A stretch of 57,978 nt of DNA, counting the filler, from Porpidia crustulata (taxonomy: Eukaryota), in assembly GCA_964255105.1 (NCBI GenBank). It is 3 parts of 3 records of this genome, joined end to end, with 100 filler letters (N's around TTAATTAATTAA, not from the genome) between each part and the next. Parts side by side here need not be neighbours in the genome. Positions count along the whole stretch, not along the records: positions 1 to 19,291 come from CAXUWE010000145.1; 2 more parts are not named here. One strand, given 5' to 3'. How positions within the stretch are numbered: position 1 is the first letter of the stretch; each line of letters begins with the position of its first letter. Positions 1 to 12,104 of the stretch are shown piece after piece. The notes beneath the pieces were generated by a model. That model saw only the letters and a list, made by a program, of their open reading frames with translations, did no database searches and was not told where the DNA came from. The translations under genes and the position numbers were made by a program.

Positions 1-193
1 ACCAATCATAATGTTTAAAGAATAGGCCTTTGTAAAGTAGACCATATACTACTCATTTCCACCAGATATTGTTTTTCTACGAATGACTGGCCTAAACGGC
101 AGAAGACGACAAGCTCACCACGAATTCCATCTTCGGATATTGACAGCCAAACCCTCGGCAAATTCGTAGTAGAATTACCTCTTCGTTACCAGT

Positions 194-2757
194 ATGGCAG
201 GAACTTCTGCAATCACAATCCAGCGAGAAAGTAAGTAGAAATCTTGCCGTACGAATGTCTTGGATTAACTTACGTGCAGTTGTTCTCGGGACTGTCCGCA
301 ACACAGCTCATGGAGAAGTATATACGCAACCTTACAACATGCGTCAACTCCTGACATCAAGTACAGTGGAAGATATTGATTTTGGACGAGACAAGTAAGA
401 GATTAGTGGACGGCGTTGTTCGCGAAGATGACATACTGGAAGAAAACGTTACGCGTTTGTCTGGCTACTACGCTATCGATATGTATCATAAACTAAACGT
501 CGACAGACATCGAGCAGATAGAGAAAAGGAGGCCATTGAATCAAGAGATGGACGCTGTTTATCTCTTATCGCCTCTAAGCCATATTGTGGACTGTCTATT
601 GGCCGATCTTGAGCGTCGGCGCTATCGTAAATCCTACGTGATCTGGACGTCAGGTAGTTCTCCTCGTCCAGGAATTATACTCTATGTCTCTTGCAGAAAG
701 GTGGTAACGCTCTAATACTTATGACTGTTCAGTTCTAAACCCTGACTTACGTGCTCGTATCGATCGGTCCTCTGTGGCCAGGGCCCAAGTTGTTGAGCTC
801 AAAACGCTCAATATCGAATTTTACCCTCGTGAATCCCACCTTATCACCTTTCGGGATCCTTGGAGCTTTCCTACCTTGTTTCACCCAGCTTGCAATCAGC
901 TTGTAAGAGCACATATGGATGACTTGGCGCAAAAGGTACAAGCCGACCTTTGGTTTTGTACATCAAGTGCCCCTAGCCAAGATGCTGATGACAAGATTTC
1001 AAGATAGTCTCAATCTGCGTATCACTCGGTGAATACCCAACTATACGATATTATAATCCTCGAAACCCCACACATGAAGCTCATGTCCTATGCTCGCACC
1101 TTGCTCGCTTTGTGCAGTTGGAACTGGACAAATACGCCAAGTTTCATGAGGAATTTCCCCCACCATCTCCCCGGCCTCGAGGTGCTCTGATTATTGTGGA
1201 TAGATCTCTAGATCTTTTTGCTCCCCTTGTGCATGAATTTACCTACCAAGCTATGATTCATGACCTTCTCCCAATAATAGAGGGAGATCGGATCTATTAT
1301 AAGACTTTGCTAAATCCAGACGAATCAAACGAGGAAACAAAAGATCTCGAGATCTCTGAGAAGGACAGTATCTGGATCAAATATCGTCATCTCCACATGA
1401 AAGACCTTCTTCAAGAATTAGTTAACGATTTCAACCAGTTCAAGGCCAAGAATTCGCAGTTTGCCGAGAGGTGTGTACCTTCTAGTGAATAGTCAAAGAC
1501 CCCGATAGCTGATTTAAAATATCCATACCTAGCGACAAACCAGCAACAATAAACAATGTTAAAGATATGCTGGCGGGTCTGCCGCAGTATCAACAAGGCA
1601 AAGAAGCGTACTCGCTGCATCTTTCAATGGTGCAAGAAGCCATGAAGTTATTTCAAGACCGACGTCTCGCTGATATAGCCTCCGTGGAGCAAGTCAGTAC
1701 CTCAATCTGATGGAAATCGGCTTAAAACTAATGTTGCCAGTCACTCGCTACTGGATTAGACGAGGATTACAAAAAGCCCAAAAATCTTGCAGATCAGGTT
1801 GTGCGGCTACTTGATGAAGACCAAGTGTCATTTCCTGATCGGCTCCGGCTGATCATAGAATATTTGCATTACCGTGACGGTCTGCTACCGTCAGATACTC
1901 AGAAGTTACTTGCACATGCTCGATTACCTATGCGAGATGGCGAGGTAATCCATAATCTTGATCTTCTCGGAGCTCACGTTTCGAGAGTTTTGAAGGAGAT
2001 AAGACCGCCTTCACAGCCCCTTTTTGGTAGGAAACAGTTTCCGGCCGTAGGAGAAGAGGGGTCAGGATTATCTCGTTTTGAGCCTGTCATCAAAACATTA
2101 CTTGAGGAGCATGTTCGAGGTACACTTGACCAAAGCATTTTCCCGTTCACCAAACCGCATTTAGATGCAGTTGAAGGACTCATGGGCCAAGATAACATTT
2201 CTCATACATCGCTGCGTAGTGCGAAGCCTACGTGGGCGAGAACCCGCCCGTCGACTGTGGAGCCTAAGCAACGTATCATCGTCTTTGTTGCAGGTGGCGC
2301 AACTTACTCGGAATCGCGAACCTGCTATGAATTTTCTAGCTCCCACAACAAAGATGTATTCTTAGCTACCTCGCATATGCTAACCCCAAGCCTCTACCTC
2401 AGACAGCTAGGGGACTTGAGTGTGGATAAACGGCGTCTTGACCTCCCGGCAGAGCGACCAAAGCCAAAGGCACCGGATCATCTTTTCGAACAAGAATCAC
2501 CGCCGAGACCGCAAGGCCTTCCGGGGCGGTCTATCCCAGTGAGCCAGCCGCAACAAACTCCATTGGCTGGCATGGCTTCTATGAGCCTGAGTTCCAATCA
2601 GATTGTCACAAATAAGCCTGTCAACGGGAGTGTCAAAACAGTGTCGGCGCAGCCACCGCTAGAATCTTCTTCTAGCAACGGTAAACTAGGCAAGAAAGAT
2701 AAAGAAAAGGATACGGAGAAGAAGAAAAAGCTTCACTTTTTCGGGTCGAAAAAGTAG
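194..2757 (+). CDS. SEC1: Sec1/Munc18 (SM) family exocytosis protein, about 8 exons
   Basis: Spliced model from ATG 194 (MAGTSAITIQRE|IVLGTVRN..|WKILILDE); 7 GT-AG introns restore the frame. Motifs: IEFYPRESHL, LIIVDRSLDLFAPLVHEFTYQAM, RIIVFVAGGATYSESR. Lys-rich tail ends at TAG 2757. Confidence 0.93.
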
Positions 2758-3254
2758 TCCATTTCGTAGAACACCTACCTCACTTGCGCGATTCAGCGAT
2801 TGCATAATTAAAGGGCTCCGGATAACAGGGAGGGTTTGGCGTATCTAGCATTTAGAGGCGTGAGGTAAAGAGCATAGCATGATAGATACCATTACAGCGA
2901 TATTACAGTAAATCTTATTGGTTTAGAGTTGGCTCGGCTGCAATACGAAAGAATGTCTACGGTTGCAATCTAGCAATTACATCTTTCACGCTCGTGGCGT
3001 CAGTCAGTTTGCAAGTTTGCTCCTTCAATTCTAAAACGAGGGGTACCCTCGTCATGTCAGTCCCCAAGCTTCAAGCCCCCGCAGGAATCTCGATTCCAAA
3101 GTAATTCAGAAGAGACCATCTAGAGTACCCTATGTGCTTCGTAGAATGTAAGATTCGTATAGGAATCTATGCTACAAGCAATCCAAGGGCCTCACAGCAC
3201 ATTCACTACGACAGTCGTAGTCCATGGCTGAAAGGCGGTCCCTTTTCTCACCCC

Positions 3255-3971
3255 TCACCCTCCCAGTCCCAAATATCTCTGTACTTCATCCCCACCATAG
3301 AACATCTCTTGTAATCGAGCTCTCTTCCGCCTTCCTTCGGCCTCCAACTTTCGGACTTTCTTCGCATTCAGCTTCTCCGCTTTCTTCTCCACACTTACCG
3401 TGCGCCCCGCAGTCTTCCTCAACTTTTCCTCGAACCCCACCCCGAGAGTGTCATTTTTCAACTTGCCCCGAACAGGCGCCAGTCTCCCGTTACCTGTAGC
3501 GCCCAACCCAAGTCTGCTATCCGGATCCCAGCCATACGAAGACAAGTACTCAAGGCCTTTACGGCTACGATCGAGATGTGAGGGTGGATGTGAGTGATCG
3601 AGACAAGCTTGGTGAACAAGAGACGCTTCATGAGGGTTTGAGACGGTGGCGAGTAAAGACTTGGGCGATTGCAATGGCAATCTGCAGATTTGGCATAGGG
3701 CCTCTTCAACGTGGTCTTCTAGCCTGCTAGATCCTGCTAGCTCGTTTTGATCATGTGGGGAGTTTGGATTCTTCTGCGCTGCGATTGACCTGCCTTGCGG
3801 AAGGACTATCGATCGATAAAGGTCCGCAACGACTGCACCATTGGAGACGCTTGCGAGGGATTGCGGACTGACTCGTTCTGGGAGCACAAACTTTACAGGG
3901 TTTCTTTTGATACCAGCGCCAAACACCCTCTGATCTGTCAAAGATGCCGTGTCTTCGTCATCATCATCCAT
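3255..3971 (-). CDS. G-patch domain protein
   Basis: Single-exon ORF with G-patch motif SRKGLEYLSSYGWDPDSRLGLGATGNGRLAPV..LGVG and a C-x2-C..H-x5-H-like segment. Likely start MDDDDED at ATG 3971. Confidence 0.8.
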   Translation of the reverse strand: MDDDDEDTASLTDQRVFGAGIKRNPVKFVLPERVSPQSLASVSNGAVVADLYRSIVLPQGRSIAAQKNPNSPHDQNELAGSSRLEDHVEEALCQICRLPLQSPKSLLATVSNPHEASLVHQACLDHSHPPSHLDRSRKGLEYLSSYGWDPDSRLGLGATGNGRLAPVRGKLKNDTLGVGFEEKLRKTAGRTVSVEKKAEKLNAKKVRKLEAEGRRKRARLQEMFYGGDEVQRYLGLGG

Positions 3972-4170
3972 GGAGGGGAATCGAGCGTCTTCGAAATTCG
4001 AACGTTGATGTCGCAACCTTCTTTTGCGGATCTGACAAGGAATCCATAGAGTACCACGCTAGTGTAAATTACATATACGTACCACGCTATGTCTTTTATC
4101 ATCACTCCTCCAAGTTTGAAAATGATGATTATTAAGTGGTGAGGATCGTCAAAGACAAGTCCCACGCAGC

Positions 4171-5434
4171 ATGCCTCTCCCTTTATTAGAAGACGCAATA
4201 TTTGTGGGCATCAAATCTGTTCCCTTCGCCGTCCCAACCCTGAAAATCTTACCATGGCTCATACTCATCTATCTTCTCAAATACTATTTTGGGGGCACCA
4301 GAAATGCCTCGGAACGATTGATGCACTCCAAAGTAGTAATGATCACAGTACAAAACAACTTTTCATGCTCTTCAAATCCAAAGCTAAGATTCTCAGGGCG
4401 GCACATCGGGTATTGGCGCCGCGGTTGCTCGGTCTCTCGCCTCGCGAGGAGCCCAAATTGTGCTTCTCACTCATCACCCAGCTTCAGATCCCTTCCTTGT
4501 CGAATACGTCGATGACCTCCGCTCCGATACTGCCAACGAGCTGATTTACGCTGAACAAGTCGATCTCTCCTCTTTACACTCGATCCGTCAATTCGCCACA
4601 AAATGGATCGATAATGTCCCGCCCAGACGACTGGACCTGATCATTCTCTGCGCTGACACACTCACTCCTAAATTTGGCATAAGTCCAGTTACGCAAGACA
4701 ATGTAGAGCCAATCTGGGGAATTAATTATCTCGCCAATTTCCACCTCCTTAGTATCCTAAGTCCAGCTCTGAGGGTCCAGCCTGCAGATAGAGACGTCAG
4801 AATCATCTTTAGTACCTGTTCTAGCTATCTCGGTGGAGATGTCAAAGCTTTAAAAGACAGTCACAGCCCCCTTCCCAAAGGGAAAGAGTACGAGACGAGC
4901 AAATTGGCGTCAATGGTTTTTGCGCAGTCATTTCAGAAACATTTGGACGCGTATCAGCGGCCTGACAAACAACCAAATAACGCGAGAGTCATCACTATTG
5001 ACCCTAACTTTACTCGGACGCCGGGCATGCGCCGCTGGCTTACTATGGGTTCCTTGTGGGGCCTGTCGCTTTACTTGATCATGTGGCCAATCTGGTGGCT
5101 GATACTAAAATCGCCTATACAAGGCGCCCAGACTTTCCTTTATGCAGCCATGGAGGTGGAATTGGGGAGAGGGGTCGGGGGGAAGTTTTTCAAGGAGTGC
5201 AGGGAGGTTGACTTTCTGCGCAAGGAAGTCAAGGACGACCAAGTGGCGAAGAAGCTGTGGAGTTTTAGTGAAAAGCAAATCGAGACTCTGGAGAAGGCAG
5301 GTGCGATTAAGAGGGCGCTGGCGAAAAAGGAGGCCGAGAAGAAGCAAAAGGAGGACGGGAGATCTGCTAGTAAATCCGAACAGCTCGCTATCGCAGGTCC
5401 GAAACCATCCAGGCGGAGTCGGAAGGCTCGATGA
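4171..5434 (+). CDS. Membrane-anchored short-chain dehydrogenase/reductase, Pbr1/YNL181W-like
   Basis: N-terminal TM helix; intron 4348-4396 joins KVVMIT|GGTSGIG (Rossmann TGxxxGxG); YETSK catalytic YxxxK; second hydrophobic segment near C-terminus. Confidence 0.85.
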
Positions 5435-8400
5435 TATGTACGATTATTAGTTTAAAAGTTCAAGATACCCCAGCATAGCGTTATAGAGGACTTTGTAGAT
5501 TATAATGGTTCCACAACGAAGTGACGGACTGAGCCTATGCTTTAACAGCTAATTGAAGCTCTACGAATAGCAATCTGGCTAGAGAATAGCTTGATAGTCA
5601 CACTTTCTGTAGGTGACGTATCGGAAAAGATGATAGGAACTACGGATGTATTTTGATCAGCGTTGACATCGTTCGGGTCCGGCAGATGTGTAAATATTAG
5701 AGCTGAGTATTTTGTTGACTAAATACACTGCGTATGGCGTGTGGTGCTGCGGTTTCATTTTCCAACCTCTAGCACTGGGAAACCTGCACAAAGGGGCATG
5801 TGATCCAAATATCCAACTGAACTTGTACGACAGCCTCGAAGGAACGAGAAACGATAGTATCAATCATCAACGACTTATTCCAAGGGCTTGGCGCGAAAGA
5901 ATAAATGGTGTGCTTGTTTTTCATGAGGTTTCATCCGATAACCTAACATACCAAAAGGGTCTCGACAGGCAAACATCCATTCACGGCAATCTCCTTTTCA
6001 AATTCAAATTACTGCAAGTACAAGTCAATCTGAGAGAATCTTTTCAACGTGAAGCAGTTCAAATCTTGCTCGAGTGAAAGAAACCTTCGAAAATACATCG
6101 GGGGCACTAACGAATAGGGATATCGCGGCGAGACGCATCCTGGCCAAACATTCCCAGGTCGACGTGGGAGGATCATGGCGTATCTGCTGTGGGATAGTCA
6201 AGGTGACCTGCTCTTGATCGTGCTGTACAGGATAGCACAGCGATATGGTGGAAGCTGTCGTGGGTTGAACAGTAGAAATGCAGCATCCACATTTCTATAT
6301 TGTTCTAGCTGTGAACACAAGAGATAAATGTGAATAACATTTGGGCGGGTTTTATAGACTTGCCAGCTATCGGCTGGTAAAAATTATCGACAAGTAGGTA
6401 GCATGGCTCGTCTTCCCACTTGGTGTAAGAGCAACCGATTCGCATACGTGGAAGTCTTTGATACACGGGAAAACGCGCGTCGGTTTGACGCGACATCCGA
6501 AACTTCGGATTTAAATTGCTGTCGACCATAGCACCAGTCCTTTGCATTGCCAGAACCATTCTTCTCTACTCACAGATCTCCTAGATAGAGTCCGTCTACA
6601 GGCATCAATCCTGGTACTTCTCCTTTTCGACTGGCCAGAAGTAAACCTCAATCCCGCTACTATGTTCAACCCCTTTCGCTTACATGACAGCACAGCAGCG
6701 CAGGCGTTCATGCCCAATCCTTCGTAGTCTCGTCCCACATCCTGGTGTTATAACTGAGTCTTCAGTCGTGCGCTCTGCAGGTTCTGTGGCTGGTTTTTCG
6801 AGTTCAGGGATAGGGGACTTGAAATGTACGGGACGAGCGAGACGACCATAACCTTCTAGATCCCAGCGAGCGGTTGGCCGAGCACCGCCGTTCTCGTTTC
6901 CTTGATATATAGCGTCTTCGGGGAGAGTCTGTAATGGTATCATGCGGCTTAACATTACCGCTTGGGTTTGATGCTGTTGCTGCGGTCAGTAAGCGGATAG
7001 ACACCGCTATGGGATTGTAGTAAGTTACCTTGAATTTTGATAATTCGATTGGGTAGTATATGAAAGAGGCACTTCTTGAAGAATTTGCCGTAAGAAATTC
7101 GTTGAAATGGGTACTGTTCAAGTCTGTATTGTCTTAAGGTTGGTGAGTACAAGATGCAGACAGAAATGAGGAAGGACAGGAGACTGCAGACAAGAACGAG
7201 AATCGGTGCGTTGTTAGTGACTGAAAGCGCGCTTCCATTCAGATCAAAAACAAAACTTACGCTTCCACGATTGTGGAAGCGTCTGATTCACCATGATGAG
7301 TTTGCTTGAGATTTCCCACTTTCGCCAATAATCGCGAAAGCTGTTTTGCAGTGACAGCAAACTTGCATATGAACGAAGTTTGTGCTGGTACAGGGTTCGA
7401 TGCACTGACTTGCAAATACAGTGATGTGACCTTGGACTTGTGAATTGAAAAGTGAGCCAGCAAGTTGGGAGAAGCATTCACCGGACTCTCAGCAATTTGA
7501 TTCCAGGGCAGCTGGGAGCCGTCGCATCATGATATCAACTAGATGGTATCCTAAAGGTTTCTCCGCCTGGATTGACGCCAATATCGGTTTCCCTGTTGTT
7601 CATGTCATCAAATCGGGGTCCATTTTCTGGTACTCTCCTGTAAGGTGCCCGAGATTTTCAAGCCATCTGTTAAGAAATCATATCGCGAGCGGAAATAATA
7701 TTGCAAATCCCATCTATTCCTACTCACAGTTTGCGTCGATAGAGAGAATACTAAAAATGAGTCAGGACACATTGAAAGGCGCTCGATTGAGGGATTTCAG
7801 GTAGATTATAATTCTTTCTAGTTGGTTTAAGTGCTGACAGACGTGGGTCTGCTCAGAACCTTTTGCGCTTGAGACTCCGCAATGTCAGTCGGAAAGCTTT
7901 CAGATCAAATGATATTCCACGAGTCAGACGGTTTCTGCTACTTACTGAGTCGGTTGAGGACCCCAATGTCTCAGAAGAGTCTTGAGATCAAAGAATACTA
8001 AATAGGTGGAAGCGAGGTCTACTTTCTTGCAAGCGATGAAGCCATCTCAAAGGGCAAAATACGAGGCTCTAAGTTCTCCATAGAAGCCGCTCATAAACGA
8101 AAGCCTATCACTGGTAAGTAAGGTCCCTTGTGTACGATCCAGGCTCCTTGTGCGATAGAAGAATTACTGGCGTACAGGGGCCTGCTGTCAATTTGTGTCT
8201 TCTCACATCTAGTGGAGCCTGCTGTATTAGATATTGCCTGATGAACGTTGAGAAGCTACTATACCGAGATGCTATATCATAAGCCAATATCCAATCATCA
8301 GAACTTTTTTGTCACAACCGAAGTTTTAGGAAAGGGTAATTGCAAAACATTGAATGCGAGCAGCTACTTATTGAGTCATGGTGTTCAAGGGAGTATGTCG

Positions 8401-9228
8401 TAGTCCTCGGGTGCCATTTCAGTTTTATCCTCTATTCCCTTCGCAGTGTGACTTTCAACCCATCCCCTCGTAATTCATTTGCATTGCAGGTCTTGTATAC
8501 CCGACACGTCAATTTCAGTCACAATGGAGAGTAGACAAAGGAATACATGTGCACAGTAGGCGTTTTCCGAAGGTGCGTTTGCTCGGCGAAGTGATCGCCT
8601 TCCCACCTTCTTGAAAATCCTGCATTTGGTCGTTATTTCTCCCGTTCATGAGTCCCCCCAAATCAATTAAATGTTACACTCGAGTCCTTCCATCTGTCTC
8701 TTGCGATTATTTGCTTGTCGTAGAAGCTCCAAATCAGGAATCATCTCCAAAATTCCAAGTACTATAACTTGGGTATGTATGGACGGGAAAATATAGACTG
8801 TACGAGGAACAGGTGAAGAAATGTTGTGGAAGGAAACTCATGAAAAAAAAGCAGGAAACGGGAAGTTCAACAGACTTCAGGTTTGCTACTTTCATGGCCT
8901 TCATCTCAGCTTCTGCGGGGCAGATTAATGATCTATCGACGTGGGGTCAACATTTTCTAGTAAAGTGTAGCCGTGAAAATATTGTAGCTATTCAGCATGG
9001 GATAAGAGAGAACAAAGTGCAGTCCCCCTGCCTAGCGATGGCGCTAAGCCTTATGCCCCAATCAGGTAAGAACCTTGACATGGAGACAAGGTTGGATACC
9101 TACCTAGTCTGCGCGGCCGCTTGATCTTCTCATCATCACCACAGCACATCAGACTCTTTCTACAGCTACAAAACCCCATTATACATCCTCTGGCCTCTGA
9201 ACTATCCATCATCACCATCAGAATCACC

Positions 9229-9826
9229 ATGGTAAGTCTTACGCCTTACAACCTCCTCTCAACCCTTCACCCGATCGCCAAATAACATCACCACAGTCCC
9301 TCCGCCTCGTCCCTCCCACTTCTCACCCAACACATACCTCAAATACCTTCCTTCTCTCCTCCGTCGGTGCGCCCTCTGCCCCCGGTCTCCCCGACACCCT
9401 TCGCGCCTCCCTGACCTACAATCCCAATCCTTCAACACCTAATGTCGCCTCCGCACCCATATCCGCTCATCCCCTGGAAGCGCGTCTAGCCGCCTGGACT
9501 GCAACGCAAGATGACCTCAAGATGAGCGGATTAAGACGGACATTTGGTATGGCGGAGCCGGTGCGTCGGGGGATGGAGCTAAAAATTGCGAGGGAGGGCG
9601 AGTGGAGGCCTGCTGTTCTGGGAGGGAGCTCAGGGCTGAGTGGAGATTTGTTGGCGGGGAGGGACTTGGAGTGCAGCTGGGAGGACGTTTTCAGAGGTAT
9701 GTTGATAGATTTGCTGTGCTGGATGGGTTTGGAAGGAGGAGGCTGATGACTTTAAAAGGAGATGAGACGAGGGACACGATAAGTTTCCATACGGAGATGG
9801 AGGGAAGATTGAAGATGGAGTGGTAG
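9229..9826 (+). CDS. UMP1: Proteasome maturation factor Ump1
   Basis: First coding exon is ATG only (9229-9231), intron 9232-9296, then MSLRLVPP..HPLEARLAAW..LRRTFGMAEPVRRGMELKI..WEDVF; second intron from 9698; ends FHTEMEGRLKMEW*. Confidence 0.9.
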
Positions 9827-10250
9827 AGATGGTGCTGAGAGATTCATGGCGTGTTGAGGATGACGGGGTACCAAGAGGCCAATGATGTTAGACTGTATTC
9901 AGATCGACGGTGCATACGGGAGAGCGGTGAAACTAAGGTTGTCATTGTATCACTAGAATCATCTTTCGTGTTTCTCAACAGATAGAGATAAGCCTCTCGA
10001 CTATGGATCCTAAGGAACCATCTATATTGTGAAGTGTGGTCAGGCACAGGGTGATGACAGTCATCATCGATGTGTCGCGTTTGAGCCATGGCCTATTATA
10101 CACACCAAAAGAGCCCCCCGGACTCATACTGAGCAGACACCCCCAACCATTAAACACCAGGTCAGAGTTAACATGTCGCGGCAGTTTCGAGCTTCCCTAG
10201 TTGTGCCAGAGGCGGAGCTCCACCCTTGCGCCAGCTCCAATCGTACACGC

Positions 10251-10292
10251 TGTATTAAGCAGTATGAGAGATGTATTAAGCAGTATGAGAGA
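10251..10292. repeat. Perfect tandem duplication of a 21-bp unit (tgtattaagcagtatgagaga x2)
   Basis: Units 10251-10271 and 10272-10292 are identical; located just downstream of the UBL3-like stop codon. Confidence 0.9.
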
Positions 10293-10342
10293 ATCGAGAG
10301 AAACATCCGAGAAGTAGACCTGCAGTGCCCAAAGAGCGAAGG

Positions 10343-11266
10343 TCATAAGATGACACATCGACATCCTGGGCTCCTCTCGTTACCATCGCGATCTCTTCCT
10401 GTTTTCGAGCCCTTGCCGTCTTCATCGTCTACGACATCTTGGGGTTTAATGGTCATGTGCACAACATGAGGAGTGGAGCCAACTTCAAATTTGCAGTCTG
10501 ATGGAGAGCCTATTAGTAGAAACCATACAGACATGAGTGCTTGATTTCGTACCATGCAGCCGGGCTTTGTCTTCCAGCATCTTTCCATAATAAATAATCC
10601 GTATCGAGCTTGGGCTTGATGGTCTAGCCTCCCATTCTGGTGCCACAAAGATCAGCATGCGGTCACGTCCCTTCATGACCGCTTTCTCAAGAAATTTTTC
10701 TCACCTTCCCTCCACTCTCTCCATATTAGCTCCTTCAGCGTGTACACGCTCATGTTGACAGGGTTGTTATCCTCCACATTGACGCCCCGTTTTTTTAGAT
10801 ATTTCTCGTCGACTTTGTAAGGATGTCTTGCGCCACTAGTTAATAGCAGAGTAATGATAAGAGTGGGTCCAGCTAAGTCGGATTCCTTTGGGATTGGTGT
10901 TGGTTTATCGGAGGAAGAGCCAATGGCCGGTGCAGTCTCCTTGCGCGTGAGAGAAACAATTGGCGATGTCATTGGGCTTGAAGACTTCGTGGGTGGACTT
11001 TTATGCAAGTCTTCTCGTAAAGTAGAGGAATCGGGTATGGGGTCTTCTCTTGAACTCATTGCCCTTTCTGGGGCTACAGGTACTGGAGCTTGTTCGGCGG
11101 TGACATGAGCTGTGACATGCTGGCCGAATTGAGTCATTTCTACTGGCGTAGAGGCCATGGGTCGCGAATGAGTGGACTGCGTTTGCGTGGCGAGTATATT
11201 AGGTGTGTTTATAGGCTCTCTCGTGGTGGCTTCTGGCAGAACGGTGCTACCCACCGAAGCCATCAT
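10343..11266 (-). CDS. UBL3/membrane-anchored ubiquitin-fold (Rad60-SLD_2-like) protein with C-terminal CAAX
   Basis: Three exons (first intron 10704-10637): disordered S/P/T-rich N-terminus, then ITLLLTSGARHPYKVD..SVYTLKELIWREW|EWEARPSSPSSIRIIYYGKMLED..|DCKF..HVVHMTIKP; ends PGCRCVIL*. Confidence 0.85.
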
Positions 11267-12104
11267 GATTATATACTGCCAAAGGGTGGGACAGCTATAC
11301 AGAAACAAGCCAACCAAATAGTTTCTTTCTAGGACGGTAAACAATAGCCTGCTTTTAAGCTGTCACGGTAGTTCGGTAAAAGATTGATGCTTCTCGATTG
11401 TGGCGAATTGCTGTGCTGGGATTGTATTCCGCTGGGAAAGGCACCTTTTGCGAAGCGTTGAACGATCTTTTGGTGGCAGAAATACTTATATGTACAAAGA
11501 GTTGCGTATGGCAAGTCAAGTCAGCAATTGAAGGATCAACCAACCAGAGTTGATAGACCAGCAGGTGTTAATGTTCGAGTGCTGTCGTCACGGACGGGGC
11601 TCGATTGTCGGTAGACCTGCGGAAAGCCCGGTAATAAATACTTATGGAGGATGTATTCTATATGTTCTTGATACGGATACGATCATGTGAAGGGTTCAAG
11701 ATCATATCATCCTTGTGGAATATGATATTGAAGTAATGATATCTATTTCATGGACCGCTTTTCTCGAGTCTTGAAAGGGACCTACCGACTAGGAAACGGA
11801 AGTTGCGGTACGGTTGGCTGTGAACTACCTAGGTAGGCACGTAGGCAAAGGCTACTCCCTGATCTACTCAAATGGAAAATCTCGACAGTATGAGGTAGAT
11901 GATAAAGTTCTCAGTATCATGACAGGATATAAGATGTACGCTCGGTCCCAACCTGGTCAACGTGACGGATAGACAGCCCAAGTTCTAGTCACTGCGAACA
12001 TCCGCTAGCCACCGCATGCCTTCCACAGATTCCCGACACGTTCTTGCACAGGAATGCACCAATGAGAGCGTTACTGATACCAGTCAGGAAAGCTCGGCGA
12101 GCCC

